The notes below the pieces were generated by a model. That model was not told the DNA's origin. It made no database searches and worked only from the letters and a program-made list of their open reading frames with translations. This document shows, piece after piece, positions 48,998 to 59,195 of a DNA stretch of 64,000 nucleotides; positions within the stretch are counted from its first letter, which is position 1; each line of letters starts with the position of its first letter. The DNA lies in assembly GCA_034430615.1 (NCBI GenBank), contig DAOUEJ010000203.1, forward strand, positions 1,575 to 65,574, given 5' to 3'. The position numbers and the translations under genes are program-made. The DNA comes from Anaerolineales bacterium (GTDB taxonomy: Bacteria > Chloroflexota > Anaerolineae > Anaerolineales > E44-bin32).

Positions 48998-49867
48998 TTA
49001 TCGGCGGTTGACGATCACGATCCCGGACACGACCAGCATCGATCCCAAGGCCAAGTGCCAATCCAAATGCTCACCAAGGAAAATCACGCCGGCCGCGACC
49101 CCGACCACCGGGAAAAGATAGGTCACGAGCGTGGTGCGGGTTGGCCCGACCTGGTGCAGCAAATAGAAATACAGCAGGTACGCGATAAAGGATCCAAGCA
49201 GTCCCAACCAGAGCAAGGCTACCCAGGTGAGCGGCTGGGCCGGGAGGGTCAACGGATGATCGACAGCAATTGCCCCAATCCAGACCAGCAAGTCACCGCT
49301 GAGCATGGGCACAAGCGCCTGCACAAAAGTGGGCACGTTCTTTAAGGTCCTTCGTGCATACACAGAACTGGCCGCGTACGATACAGCGGCAACGACGACC
49401 GCCAGTTGTCCGAACACACCCTGGGTGACCCCGCCCTTCCCTAGGTCACGACTGAAGAGCAGCAGGATTCCGAGGAATCCAAGCACCAAGCCGGCTACCT
49501 TGGGCAAGGTCATGTTTTCGTCGGTAAGAAAGAAGTGGGCGATGATCAGGGTGAAAAGCGGCACGCTGCTGTTGAGCACTGAGGCCACGGCCGAGTCGAC
49601 GCTCTGTTCACCCCAGGTGATGAGCAAGAAGGGCAGAGCGGTGTTGGTAACACCCATTAGGATCAACCAGAACCATGTGCGCCTCGAGCGGGGAAAGGAT
49701 GGCCGGCGGATGGCAACGGCGATCGTCATCGCCAGCCACCCGAACAGCAGCCTGAACCCGACCAGGGTCAACGGGGTCAGCTCGCGCAAACCGATCTTGA
49801 TCCACAGGAAGGAACTGCCCCAGATCAATCCCAGCAGGAGGAACGCAGACCAATTCCTGGTCGTCAT
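48998..49867 (-). CDS. EamA/DMT-family transporter
   Basis: 10-TM protein with two EamA-like halves (LIWGSSFLWIKIGL...). Confidence 0.9.
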   Translation of the reverse strand: MTTRNWSAFLLLGLIWGSSFLWIKIGLRELTPLTLVGFRLLFGWLAMTIAVAIRRPSFPRSRRTWFWLILMGVTNTALPFLLITWGEQSVDSAVASVLNSSVPLFTLIIAHFFLTDENMTLPKVAGLVLGFLGILLLFSRDLGKGGVTQGVFGQLAVVVAAVSYAASSVYARRTLKNVPTFVQALVPMLSGDLLVWIGAIAVDHPLTLPAQPLTWVALLWLGLLGSFIAYLLYFYLLHQVGPTRTTLVTYLFPVVGVAAGVIFLGEHLDWHLALGSMLVVSGIVIVNRR

Positions 49868-49882
49868 CGGATAATCAAGTTG

Positions 49883-51235
49883 TCATGCTCGCTGGGATTG
49901 TCTTTGTGCTTGCTTGATGTTCACCGATAGCAGCAGCACTAAGCCGATCACCAGGAAGGCGATAATAGAAAGAACTGCTGCCCGTAGCCCTTCCTGTTCT
50001 GCCAGTACCGCAGTTAAGCCGCGTTCCTGAAACCAGAGCGCGGCACGGAATGCGAGCCACCCATAGACTGCCGGGCCGATGAAGGAGGAGGTCCGGCCAG
50101 CCACAGAGAAAAAGCCATAAAACTCGGCGCTCTTCCCCTTTGGCGCAAACAGCCCAACGGTTGCCCTGCTGACGGACTGGACGCCGGTCAGCGCGAAACC
50201 TGCTAGCCCACCGATGATAAAGAAACCGGTCAGCGTCTGGTTGAAGTACATCCAGACCGCTGCGGCCGTCATCATTACCAGAGAGATCAGCAGCGACTGC
50301 TTGGGGTTGATGGAATCTGCTGCAAGGCCGAACAGGTAGGCGCCGGCGACGCTCGTGACCTGGACGATGATCATGAAGATGATCAACTGTTGTTGTTCCA
50401 TGCCAAACAGGACGGCGCCCAGGATGGCGGCGAAATCAAGCGCCATAATGATCCCATCGTTGTAGATCAGGAAGGCGATCATGAATTTGATGAATTCGCG
50501 GTACTTGCGCACGGAGCGGAAAGTGGCCACCAGGCGCTTGAAGCCGATCGAGAGCAAGTTCTCTCCGGCGGGTAGTGCTTGCGGCTGGGCGCGCTCCCGC
50601 AGCCAGAGAAAGATCGGTGCCGCAGAAAGTGAGAAATAGACAGCAGTGATCAAGAATGCGTAGTGGATGATCTGGTCGCCTTCCACAAGCAGGATTAAGG
50701 CCAGGACAAGGACAAGGCAAAGGATCCCGCCCGCAGAGCCGATTGCCCACCCGTTGCCCGAGATTCGTCCAATCTCATCTTCGCTGGCGATCTCGGGCAG
50801 CAGCGCGTTATAGAAAACCTGGGCGCTGCGATACCCGATCTCGGCCAGGATGAAGAATATCATGCCGGTGACGACATCGCCCGGGCCAACGAGGAAAAGC
50901 AGGGCGGTGAAGGTGCAGGCCAGAGCTGTATAGAAGAACAAGAAGCGTTTTTTAGCGCCAGAGAAATCAGCGATCGCACCCAGGACAGGCGCGGTTAGAG
51001 CGACGACGAGCATGGCGATGCCGACAGCATACCCCCATAAACGCGAGCCCTCTGGTCCACCGACGACCTCTCCCTGGAAGTAGGCCGAGTAGACAGCCAG
51101 GAGAACGACGGCTGCATAAGCCGAATTACCGAAATCATAGAGATACCATGCGATCCGTTCCCGCCGGTTTGAGAGCCCCGGTTGTGGGTTTACGCCCTGC
51201 GCGAGTACTTCGGCCATGTTAATACCTCGCTCCAT
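49883..51235 (-). CDS. MFS transporter (UMF1-like)
   Basis: 450 aa, 12 TM segments. N-terminus ...RRERIAWYLYDFGNSAYA is typical of the UMF1 family. The start is 51235 or 51217. Confidence 0.85.
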   Translation of the reverse strand: MERGINMAEVLAQGVNPQPGLSNRRERIAWYLYDFGNSAYAAVVLLAVYSAYFQGEVVGGPEGSRLWGYAVGIAMLVVALTAPVLGAIADFSGAKKRFLFFYTALACTFTALLFLVGPGDVVTGMIFFILAEIGYRSAQVFYNALLPEIASEDEIGRISGNGWAIGSAGGILCLVLVLALILLVEGDQIIHYAFLITAVYFSLSAAPIFLWLRERAQPQALPAGENLLSIGFKRLVATFRSVRKYREFIKFMIAFLIYNDGIIMALDFAAILGAVLFGMEQQQLIIFMIIVQVTSVAGAYLFGLAADSINPKQSLLISLVMMTAAAVWMYFNQTLTGFFIIGGLAGFALTGVQSVSRATVGLFAPKGKSAEFYGFFSVAGRTSSFIGPAVYGWLAFRAALWFQERGLTAVLAEQEGLRAAVLSIIAFLVIGLVLLLSVNIKQAQRQSQRA

Positions 51236-51272
51236 GTAAACCTGGATATGATGAAAGCATCAAAGTGATAGC

Positions 51273-52061
51273 TTACAGGTCAGGATCTTCAGCCCAGGGG
51301 TAGATCTCCGTCCCTTTGGCTGCGGCGCGGATGGCTGGATCGTTGGCGTAGTGCCCCCTGCGTTCTTCTGGAATGAGCGCTGCAATTTCCTGCATCATGC
51401 GCTGCCCGATCTGGTCCAATTGCTCACGCCTGTCCGTCCTGCTTCGCTCCACCCGGAACGGGCCAAAGGTGCGGCCGATGCGGATCTTGACCTCAGCCCT
51501 TCGGCCGTGCCGCAGAGCGGGGAAAATATCGGTAAGGCCATCCAATCCGATGGGCAGAATCGGGGCGCCAGTTCTGGCGGCGAGGTAGGCGGCCCCAGGT
51601 CGCGCCGGTCTTAAAACCGTCGCCCAGTTCCCGGCTTCAGGGAAAATACCCAGGACCCCGCCCTGGTGCAGGACCTGCTCGGCCGACATCAGCGCCCGGC
51701 GCGAAACGGCACCACGGTAGACGGGAAATACACCCCACAATGCAGGGAGCCATGTTACGACACGGGGGGCATTCGGCATGCGCGCCCCGGCCAGGAATTC
51801 GAGCGGCCAGGGACAAGCCCGGATCATCGCTACCGGGTCGATGAAACTGAAGTGGTTGCCGACCACGATCAGCGGTCCGCCTGCGGGTAGGTTTTCCAGG
51901 CCCACGATCTCAAGCCGTGTGAGGATACCGAGTGCGGCACGAATCAAGCCGCGTAGGATTCCTCGGATTGCAAGACGCCGGGGATAGGTGATCGACGGAG
52001 TGAACGAGTAGGGGATCGTGCTCGGGTCGGAAGCCATCATCCATGCAACCCCGGAACGCAT
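51273..52061 (-). CDS. 1-acyl-sn-glycerol-3-phosphate acyltransferase-like (PlsC family)
   Basis: The HX4D box VGNHFSFIDP and FPEAG. The start is uncertain (52061, 52040 or 52037). The ORF-track extension overlaps the MBL gene. Confidence 0.8.
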   Translation of the reverse strand: MRSGVAWMMASDPSTIPYSFTPSITYPRRLAIRGILRGLIRAALGILTRLEIVGLENLPAGGPLIVVGNHFSFIDPVAMIRACPWPLEFLAGARMPNAPRVVTWLPALWGVFPVYRGAVSRRALMSAEQVLHQGGVLGIFPEAGNWATVLRPARPGAAYLAARTGAPILPIGLDGLTDIFPALRHGRRAEVKIRIGRTFGPFRVERSRTDRREQLDQIGQRMMQEIAALIPEERRGHYANDPAIRAAAKGTEIYPWAEDPDL

Positions 52062-52074
52062 TCGGGGTTGCTTG

Positions 52075-52824
52075 CTACTCCTGCCAATGATCGAGGGGAT
52101 CGGGAGAGAGGGACAGCCCCAGGTAGTCCAGCACTGCCAGACGCCCGCGCTCGAGGATCGGATCACCGTGGGAGGGGAGCAGGTGCAGGAAATCAAGTTC
52201 AGCCAGGCGGCGGATGGATTGCTGTGCCAGCACTGGGTCTGAACTTAAGGCGCGATAGGGTGGAGATAGCCGCCCACCGATATTCATGACAGCGTCACCA
52301 CAGAGCATGGCCTGATCACGTGGATGCAAAAAACCGACTTGCCCGGGTGAGTGTCCGGGGAGTTGGATGACAACCATCCCGGCAACCGCTTCCCCCCGCT
52401 CGAGCGTGCGTGCGACCGGGTAGCCCCAGCCTGTTTGCGGGATAATGTAGCGAGCCAGGAGGAAGAGCAGGTTGCGTGAAGGTACGTAACGGTAATCGGA
52501 TTGTCCGGTGATGAAACGGGCTTCCTCGCGATGACAGATTAGGGGAGGATTCCACTCAAGCAGCACATCACCCAGTCCACCGCTGTGGTCGTAATGGGCG
52601 TGGGTGAGTAAAACCTGACGCGGACCCTCGCCTTCGGTAAGCTCATTGATGGCCACTACCAGGTCCTGTGCCGTTTCTGTCGGCCCCGCATCGATCAGTG
52701 TCCATCCATCACTGTCTTCCACGAGAAAGGCCGAGACGGGAACGGTCACGGGGCCGAGGATGTGGATAGGCAACTCGATCCGGTAAATATGGTCCGTAAC
52801 CTGTTGAAAATCCAAATGCATCAC
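52075..52824 (-). CDS. MBL-fold metallo-hydrolase
   Basis: THAHYDHSGG motif, plus downstream His and Asp ligands. Confidence 0.9.
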   Translation of the reverse strand: MMHLDFQQVTDHIYRIELPIHILGPVTVPVSAFLVEDSDGWTLIDAGPTETAQDLVVAINELTEGEGPRQVLLTHAHYDHSGGLGDVLLEWNPPLICHREEARFITGQSDYRYVPSRNLLFLLARYIIPQTGWGYPVARTLERGEAVAGMVVIQLPGHSPGQVGFLHPRDQAMLCGDAVMNIGGRLSPPYRALSSDPVLAQQSIRRLAELDFLHLLPSHGDPILERGRLAVLDYLGLSLSPDPLDHWQE

Positions 52825-52828
52825 CCTT

Positions 52829-53557
52829 TCAGAGAATTAGATCGTCAATCAACGATGGCAGCTGCATAAGCGAGTCGACGGTATGCTCGGGTTTGATCTC
52901 GCCAGGTTGATCGGGTTCAGCGAAGCTGCGCATCCAGATTTGATGCATGCCAACCCGTTGAGCGCCAAGGATGTCCTGGTCCAACCTGTCGCCCACCATA
53001 ACGACCTGCTCCGGCTCATGCTGCCAATGCTCCAGAATCTGCAGAAAAGGACCGGGTGCAGGTTTGCGTGAGCCGATGGCAGCTGAGATCAGGATCGGAT
53101 CGAAGAAACTGCGGATGCCAACCTTATCGATCAATCGTTGGACATTGGCTTCATCAGCTGCATTGGATAACAGGCCCAGGCGCAGACCCCGGCGCTGCAG
53201 GATGTTGAGGGTCATCTCAAGTCCCGGAACACCTACCCAGTGCTGTTCTGTGACTGCGTACATACGCTCCAGCGCGAACGCGACCACTTGCGGATCGACT
53301 CCATCGATTCCCACCGAGGCCAGCGCATCACCCAGCACCGCCCGCGTCGTGTGTTCGACATGATCGCCAAGGCGGTTCCGTTGGTACTCCTGCATACGCC
53401 CGGCGAACTCGCCGATCAGATCCTGTCTTCCCCAGTCTACGCCGGTCTCGTGCAGCGCCCCTTCCAGCGCCGCCAAGCTTTCTGGCCATACACTTTCCCA
53501 CTCGCCATCGAAGCGAATCAAGGTTGACCCGAGATCGAAGATGATGCCCTCAATCAT
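52829..53557 (-). CDS. HAD-superfamily hydrolase
   Basis: IIFDLGSTL (motif I with Gly in place of the second Asp), LLSNA, and MVGDRLDQDILG. Confidence 0.8.
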   Translation of the reverse strand: MIEGIIFDLGSTLIRFDGEWESVWPESLAALEGALHETGVDWGRQDLIGEFAGRMQEYQRNRLGDHVEHTTRAVLGDALASVGIDGVDPQVVAFALERMYAVTEQHWVGVPGLEMTLNILQRRGLRLGLLSNAADEANVQRLIDKVGIRSFFDPILISAAIGSRKPAPGPFLQILEHWQHEPEQVVMVGDRLDQDILGAQRVGMHQIWMRSFAEPDQPGEIKPEHTVDSLMQLPSLIDDLIL

Positions 53558-53572
53558 TACGCCTGATCCGGT

Positions 53573-54610
53573 TCAATAGCCGCGCTGTGGATCATAAACA
53601 TTGAGCAGGGGCCGGTCAGAAAGGTAGCGCTGAAGGTTCTGACAGAAGAGACCCACAGCACGTTCAAGATAATGAGGGGATGCACCCGCTAGGTGTGGAG
53701 ATAGCATCACGTTCGGCATCTCCCACAAAGGGCTGCTCTCAGGCAGGGGTTCAACCGGGAATACATCCAGGGCAGCGCCAGCCAGGCGTCCGCCGCGCAG
53801 CGCCTCTACCAGCGCTCCGTGGTCGACGACGCCCCCACGCGAGATGTCGATCAGGTAGGCCGTGCTCTTCATCGCTTTCAGGATCTCGGTGTTGACCATG
53901 CCCTGTGTCTTTGGCGTGAGCGGGACGCAGATCACGAGGAAGTCACACAGCGGCACCATCGTGCGCAAAGCCTCGGGAGGGTAGATGCGGTCTGGAAGAT
54001 CTGCCGACGGGTCGCCCAACCCCTCCGGTAGGTAGCCGGGGTCCTGGAGTTGCATCAGGTTCAGTTTCGTGGCGAGTAGATTGGCGCCGAATTGTTTGCA
54101 CAATCGACCGATCTCCCGCCCTATGCTTCCATACCCAACGATTCCGACCGTACTCCCGCGCAGTTCCGTTGGCTGGAAACGGGTGTAGCGGCCATCCGCC
54201 CATTGTTCTGCGGGTTTGCTGCGTAGGGTTTCTGGAGCCTTGTGTCCAAGGGCGAGCATGCTCATCAACGCGAACTCCGCCATCTGTGGCGCGGATGCAC
54301 CGCTCATCGTTGTGAAAACCACATCGGCTGAGAGCAGTGGGTTTCCGTTGAAGTGATCCAGCCCAGCATAGTGAATCTGGACCCAGCGCAGGTTGGGCAC
54401 CTGGTCTGGCTCCGGCAGTGCGGCGATGGTGTAGAGCACCTCGGCTTGATTGAGCAAATCTTCAGGGATAGCAGCCGCATCCCGCGCCTGGGTGATATGC
54501 AGCTTGAGATCGGGCGAGACCGCCTGGATACGATCCAAGAGCGGCTGTGGAAAGGTCATGGTTAGGAGCAGGTGAATCTTGCGCTCGCTGCGTTCCGTCA
54601 TGCGGCCCAT
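53573..54610 (-). CDS. D-isomer-specific 2-hydroxyacid dehydrogenase
   Basis: The NAD fold GIVGYGSIGREIG, plus the catalytic R/E/H layout (ISRGGVVD..., SPHLAG). Confidence 0.9.
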   Translation of the reverse strand: MGRMTERSERKIHLLLTMTFPQPLLDRIQAVSPDLKLHITQARDAAAIPEDLLNQAEVLYTIAALPEPDQVPNLRWVQIHYAGLDHFNGNPLLSADVVFTTMSGASAPQMAEFALMSMLALGHKAPETLRSKPAEQWADGRYTRFQPTELRGSTVGIVGYGSIGREIGRLCKQFGANLLATKLNLMQLQDPGYLPEGLGDPSADLPDRIYPPEALRTMVPLCDFLVICVPLTPKTQGMVNTEILKAMKSTAYLIDISRGGVVDHGALVEALRGGRLAGAALDVFPVEPLPESSPLWEMPNVMLSPHLAGASPHYLERAVGLFCQNLQRYLSDRPLLNVYDPQRGY

Positions 54611-54688
54611 TGTACATCACTCTCGAGCGACTGCCATGCGGCCGGTAGGCTATACTGGGTGAGGAGAGATAGCCCCGGAGGGGTATTC

Positions 54689-55561
54689 ATGGAGTACGGT
54701 GCAGTTTTTCCCCAAACCGACCTTGAAGCCGAGCCGGAAGGTATCCTGAGATTTGCCCGGGACCTTGAGCAGCAAGGGTTCAACCACATCCTGGCCTACG
54801 AACATGTGCTGGGTGTGGATTCTGATCACATCAGCGGATCACGTGGTCCTTATACGCTTGAGCACCCGTTCCTATCACCTTTCGTGGTATTTGCCTTCAT
54901 GGCGGCTGTGACAAGCCGAATCGAATTTGCCACAGGGATCTTGATCCTGCCCCAACGCCAGACAGCGCTTGTTGCCAAGCAAGCCGCCACACTGGATCGA
55001 TTGAGCGGTGGCCGACTGCGGCTGGGTGTCGGGATCGGGTGGAATGAGGCCGAGTACATTGCTCTTGGGAAGAACTTCCACGATCGTGGAAAGCGCAGCG
55101 AGGAACAGATTGAGATCCTGAGAGCGTTATGGACTCAATCCAGCATCTTCTATCAGGGCGAGTGGCACACTCTTCCTTACGTCGGCCTTAACCCCGGGCC
55201 GGTCCAGCAGCCGATCCCGATCTGGATCGGCGGCGGCGCGGATGCGGTCCTGCGGCGTGCGGCGCGGCTGGCAGATGGCTGGATGCCAAACTACCGCCAG
55301 GCCGATCAGGCCATCCCTTCCCTCGACCGTCTCGCATCCTATCTTGAGGAAGCAGGCAGGGAGCCCGGATCGTTTGGGATTGAAGCCCGGATCCGATACG
55401 CCGATGGAGACCTCGAGTCGATCGAAGAAAGCCTGCGGGCGTGGCAAGAGGCCGGTGCGACGAAGGTTTCCCTCAACACAATGGGCTGTGGTTTTAAAAC
55501 CGTGGATGAACACCTGGGCGCCTTCCAAGCGTTCGCCCGAGCCTTTATCCCATCCCCTTAG
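54689..55561 (+). CDS. luciferase-like (LLM class) oxidoreductase, probably F420-dependent
   Basis: TIM-barrel LLM pattern (...LSGGRLRLGVGIGWNEAEY...). The ATG at 54689 is preceded by GGAGG. The ORF-track extension overlaps the divergent gene. Confidence 0.8.
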   Translation: MEYGAVFPQTDLEAEPEGILRFARDLEQQGFNHILAYEHVLGVDSDHISGSRGPYTLEHPFLSPFVVFAFMAAVTSRIEFATGILILPQRQTALVAKQAATLDRLSGGRLRLGVGIGWNEAEYIALGKNFHDRGKRSEEQIEILRALWTQSSIFYQGEWHTLPYVGLNPGPVQQPIPIWIGGGADAVLRRAARLADGWMPNYRQADQAIPSLDRLASYLEEAGREPGSFGIEARIRYADGDLESIEESLRAWQEAGATKVSLNTMGCGFKTVDEHLGAFQAFARAFIPSP

Positions 55562-55885
55562 CGAAACCAAGATTTGCCAGGCAATTCCGGGAAGCGAAGG
55601 AGTTTCCCTTCCCTGCGTGACTTCCTGCCTCCGGTGGGGTTACCACATACGATGCGCAAGCCTTTCATTACGAGCAGGCTGTCCACAAACGGCTGCGCAG
55701 AAATGTAATTTCAGGTCAGGACATCGTCCATTGTTCGCAAATGTTGGTTGGTGAGCATTTGCGAGCCGCACCCTCCACCCCTGGCCGCCTCGAAAGGAGG
55801 GAGACTGCCCCTGATCACGACTCCGTCCAATTCACATTCGAACCATCGGCAACCCATCTAGAATTTGAGCCAAGGAGAGAGATAC

Positions 55886-57226
55886 ATGGATACGACCAAG
55901 GGACGGATGGGTTACCTCCCTAATGACCAACCGCCATTCGGACAATTGATCCTGCTGGGTTTCCAGCATGTCCTGACGATGTTCCCGGCGACGGTCTTTG
56001 TAGCCCTGTTCACCGGTTTCCATACGAGCACAGTTCTGTTTGTCGCAGGTATGGCGACCATCGTCGCGCTCGTGCTTTCCAAATGGCGCATTGGAAAATT
56101 TATCCCCCTCTTTTATGGGTCCAGTTTTAGCTACATGGCGGCTTACCTGGCGCTCACCAACGCTGAATGGGGCGTACCAGCCTCGGATGCCACATTGAGC
56201 GTGATCCAGGCCGGCATCCTCGTGACAGGTTTGGTCAACATCGCCGTTGGCTTCATCATCCGCTGGGTGGGCAAGGACGCTATCGATAAGGTCCTTCCTC
56301 CGGTTGTCACAGGCTCGGTTGCGGCCGTCATCGGCTTCGCCCTCGGTTTTGCGGCACTTGGTATGGCTGAAGCGCATTGGGGCGTTGCCATCATCACCCT
56401 CTTCGTCACGGTTATGTTCTCGGTCTACCTGCAGGGGCGAGGCTTCATCGGCATGCTGCCTGTCCTTCTGGGAGCGATTGTGGGCTATCTTATCGCCTGG
56501 GGTGTTGGGCTGGTGGACTTTTCCCCGATCGCGCAGCACGCGCTGATCGAGGTGCCGCACTTCACCTTCCCCGGCTTTACAGGCGCACTCGTTGGACAGG
56601 CGATTATCAGCGTCGCGATCATGGCTATCGCCACCATCCCCGAATCGACCGCCCACCTGTACCAGATCAGCCTGTACGTCGATCGCTTTGCCGAGGAGAC
56701 CGGGCGTGAGAAGTACCATCTCGATGAGTACCTTGGCTTCAACCTGATCTTGGATGGCATCGGCGATTTCATCAACGGGCTCTTTGGCTCAACGGCCGGG
56801 ACGAACTACGGTGAGAACAACTCGTTGATGGCGATTACGCTTAACTACTCCGGCCCAGCGCTCATCGCGGCCGGGGCAATCTCCATGCTGCTCGGGTTCG
56901 TCGGAAAATTAACCGGTTTGCTGCAGACAGTACCTCTGGCAGTGAGCGGTGGGCTGGCGATCTACCTGTTCGGCGTTATCGGCATGCAGGGCGTGGCCTT
57001 GATGGTCGAACACAAGGTCAACTTGTTCGATCCGAGAACGCTGGCGGTGGGTGCGACGATCATGGTCATCGGCATCGGTGGCCACATCGGCTACCCGAAT
57101 GGGCTGATGCCGATCAATGCGCTGACCGGCGTTTTCCCCAATGGCTGGCCGGCGATCGCCACCGGCGCCGTTGCCGGGATCCTGCTTAACGCAGTTTTCC
57201 TGATCTTCAAACCAAGCAACAAGTAA
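55886..57226 (+). CDS. NCS2-family nucleobase (uracil/xanthine-type) permease
   Basis: ...LGFQHVLTMFPATV... and ...ESTAHLY...NYGENNS motif regions. AAGGAGAGAG RBS. Confidence 0.9.
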   Translation: MDTTKGRMGYLPNDQPPFGQLILLGFQHVLTMFPATVFVALFTGFHTSTVLFVAGMATIVALVLSKWRIGKFIPLFYGSSFSYMAAYLALTNAEWGVPASDATLSVIQAGILVTGLVNIAVGFIIRWVGKDAIDKVLPPVVTGSVAAVIGFALGFAALGMAEAHWGVAIITLFVTVMFSVYLQGRGFIGMLPVLLGAIVGYLIAWGVGLVDFSPIAQHALIEVPHFTFPGFTGALVGQAIISVAIMAIATIPESTAHLYQISLYVDRFAEETGREKYHLDEYLGFNLILDGIGDFINGLFGSTAGTNYGENNSLMAITLNYSGPALIAAGAISMLLGFVGKLTGLLQTVPLAVSGGLAIYLFGVIGMQGVALMVEHKVNLFDPRTLAVGATIMVIGIGGHIGYPNGLMPINALTGVFPNGWPAIATGAVAGILLNAVFLIFKPSNK

Positions 57227-57254
57227 CATCCCCGAAGAGACGGATTGCGATACT

Positions 57255-57282
57255 CAGGGAGCAGCCAACCGGCTGCTCCCTG
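57255..57282. terminator. 12-bp GC-rich hairpin between the convergent permease gene and the catabolic operon
   Basis: CAGGGAGCAGCC-AACC-GGCTGCTCCCTG. There is no U-tract on either strand. Confidence 0.4.
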
Positions 57283-57324
57283 GCGTTAGGCCGGGGGCAC
57301 AGCGGCAATGGATGGATCTTATGC

Positions 57325-58284
57325 TTAGTCTACGGGGGAAGCGAGCCGGAGCGTACCGAGCACGAATCCACTGACCGCGTCTTCGCCAGAGGTATGGCCC
57401 ACCGCGAGCAGCGTATCGAGGGCAGCATCGATCTCTTCAGGATCGCCCTCCACGCAGGCCATGAGCAGCCCGTGCCAGTATGCGGCCGCTTCACCCCGTG
57501 CAGCGGCTCGGATGTGTGCGGCGGGGAACAACCCCGTGCGCGGGGCTGCGGCCTTTTCCAGTACACCGCACAGCGCTTTCGCCTCGCTGGATTTGAACAT
57601 TGACCATATCGCATACATCAAGCCCACCAGGAAGTCGTCACCGCTCGGTGTAAGCCCGATCCCAAGCCCGGCCAGCCTGGCCGCGCCCTGCCCCAGTTTG
57701 CGCCCATCCCGGAAGGCGAGACCGTCCATTAGAATCTTGATGGGTGCGGCTGCCTTCGTCCACCATGGCGATCGGGCACCCTGCCAGGCTGCAGCTGGAT
57801 TGTCGATTAGTGCAGCAAGCCCATCCGCCGACCGGTCTTGCAGCAGTTGCTCCTCGATCTGAGAGAGCCAACCTGAGGCGCGGCTCAAAGCAGCACGAAT
57901 CGCTCCCCAATCGGGGCAACTGGTCCAGAGTTCGGCGTCGTTGATCGACACCCGCAGCACGCCAACCCTGATCTCATCGGATGTGATCTTGACCGGGCTA
58001 TCGGCGTCGAGATACCCGGTGAAACTATCCCAGGCGGGATGGCGCTCAAGAGCGATGGCGAACGGATCCATTTGCCCGGGATCAAGGATCAGCGAGAGGA
58101 TCTTGTCTTGATCATCGATAAGATTGCAGGTGGTCTTGAATACATGTAGGATCCGGGATGTGCGCCCTTGCTGGAGCAAGGTCAGCGCGCCCGGGGCAAC
58201 TGATATTGCACGGAGATTGATCTCTACCTCCGGCAGCTCTAGCGACGGGTTTCCTTGCCGATCATCAAAGTGGGATTTACTCAC
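57325..58284 (-). CDS. DUF2877 / AllH (YlbF)-like protein
   Basis: GLGIGLTPSGDDFLVGLMYAI and LLAVGHTSGEDAVSG, as in E. coli YlbF-type proteins. Confidence 0.8.
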   Translation of the reverse strand: MSKSHFDDRQGNPSLELPEVEINLRAISVAPGALTLLQQGRTSRILHVFKTTCNLIDDQDKILSLILDPGQMDPFAIALERHPAWDSFTGYLDADSPVKITSDEIRVGVLRVSINDAELWTSCPDWGAIRAALSRASGWLSQIEEQLLQDRSADGLAALIDNPAAAWQGARSPWWTKAAAPIKILMDGLAFRDGRKLGQGAARLAGLGIGLTPSGDDFLVGLMYAIWSMFKSSEAKALCGVLEKAAAPRTGLFPAAHIRAAARGEAAAYWHGLLMACVEGDPEEIDAALDTLLAVGHTSGEDAVSGFVLGTLRLASPVD

Positions 58285-59194
58285 CGGTTTTCAGATTCAC
58301 TTGCTCATGCAAGAACTCGAGGAAGGTCCTGGGTGGACGCCCGAGCAACCCTCCCAGAACACGCGAGTTTCCCCAGAAACCGTGTTGCGCATAGTACTCG
58401 AACATCTTCAGCAGAGTCTCAATCTGGTAGCGGCTCATACCAGACTGCTGTGCCTGTCGTTCCCAGGCGACTCGATCGATTTCAATCACCTGCACGGGTT
58501 TGTCCAGGACTTTACCGATTGCCGAGGCTGCCCGGGCCGGGGTCCAGGTTTCACCGGAAGATAACTCGTAGGTAGCCCAGAAGTGCTCCGGCCTGCCAAG
58601 AACGAATCCCGCTGCGCAAGCGACGTCTTCCAGATCGACCATGCCTAGTTTTGAGTCCGCTGGATAGGGTACCGGGAAGATACCTTCGGTACGGGCCGAG
58701 GCCAAGCCTGGAAGGAAATTCTGCATGTAGGCTTCCGGCTGCAGGATCGTAAAGGGAAGCCCGCTGGCGTAGATCCGCTCTTCCACCTTGGCCTTTTTGA
58801 TGTGGTGGGGCATCGCCTGAACGTAGGGGTGGAGCACAGAGTGGTATACGAAGTGGCCGACGGCATGCTGATCAGCGAGGCGAAGCACGTTCTCTCCGAT
58901 CTCGACTTCCTGTGGGTGGATGTTGGGTGGGATGTGGTAGATGCTGGAAATGCCGCGGAAAGCCGATTCGAGCGAACCCGGATCGAGCAGATCACCGGGG
59001 CAGGCTTCGCTGGCCCCGGACTGGAGAGCGATGGGGATCTGTTCTGCGCGGCGAACGAGAGCCCGGCAGGAGCGCTCCTGCCGGGCAAGCTCGCGTAGGA
59101 GCGCTAACCCGGTCTTGCCAGCCGCGCCAGTGACCAGGATCACGATCAGTCTCCGCGTGTGCGAGCCGGGTATTGCTCCCGGTTCAAGCCCCAA
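58277..59194 (-). CDS. NmrA-like NAD(P)-binding (atypical SDR) protein
   Basis: ILVTGAAGKTGLALLREL Rossmann motif. Overlaps the next gene by 8 nt. Confidence 0.85.
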   Translation of the reverse strand: MGLEPGAIPGSHTRRLIVILVTGAAGKTGLALLRELARQERSCRALVRRAEQIPIALQSGASEACPGDLLDPGSLESAFRGISSIYHIPPNIHPQEVEIGENVLRLADQHAVGHFVYHSVLHPYVQAMPHHIKKAKVEERIYASGLPFTILQPEAYMQNFLPGLASARTEGIFPVPYPADSKLGMVDLEDVACAAGFVLGRPEHFWATYELSSGETWTPARAASAIGKVLDKPVQVIEIDRVAWERQAQQSGMSRYQIETLLKMFEYYAQHGFWGNSRVLGGLLGRPPRTFLEFLHEQVNLKTGE

Positions 59195-59195
59195 T

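Noticed and set aside
55832-56719. 295-aa minus-strand ORF rich in D/R/E/H
   Set aside because: It is antisense to the NCS2 permease. It has a low-complexity charged composition and no start context.
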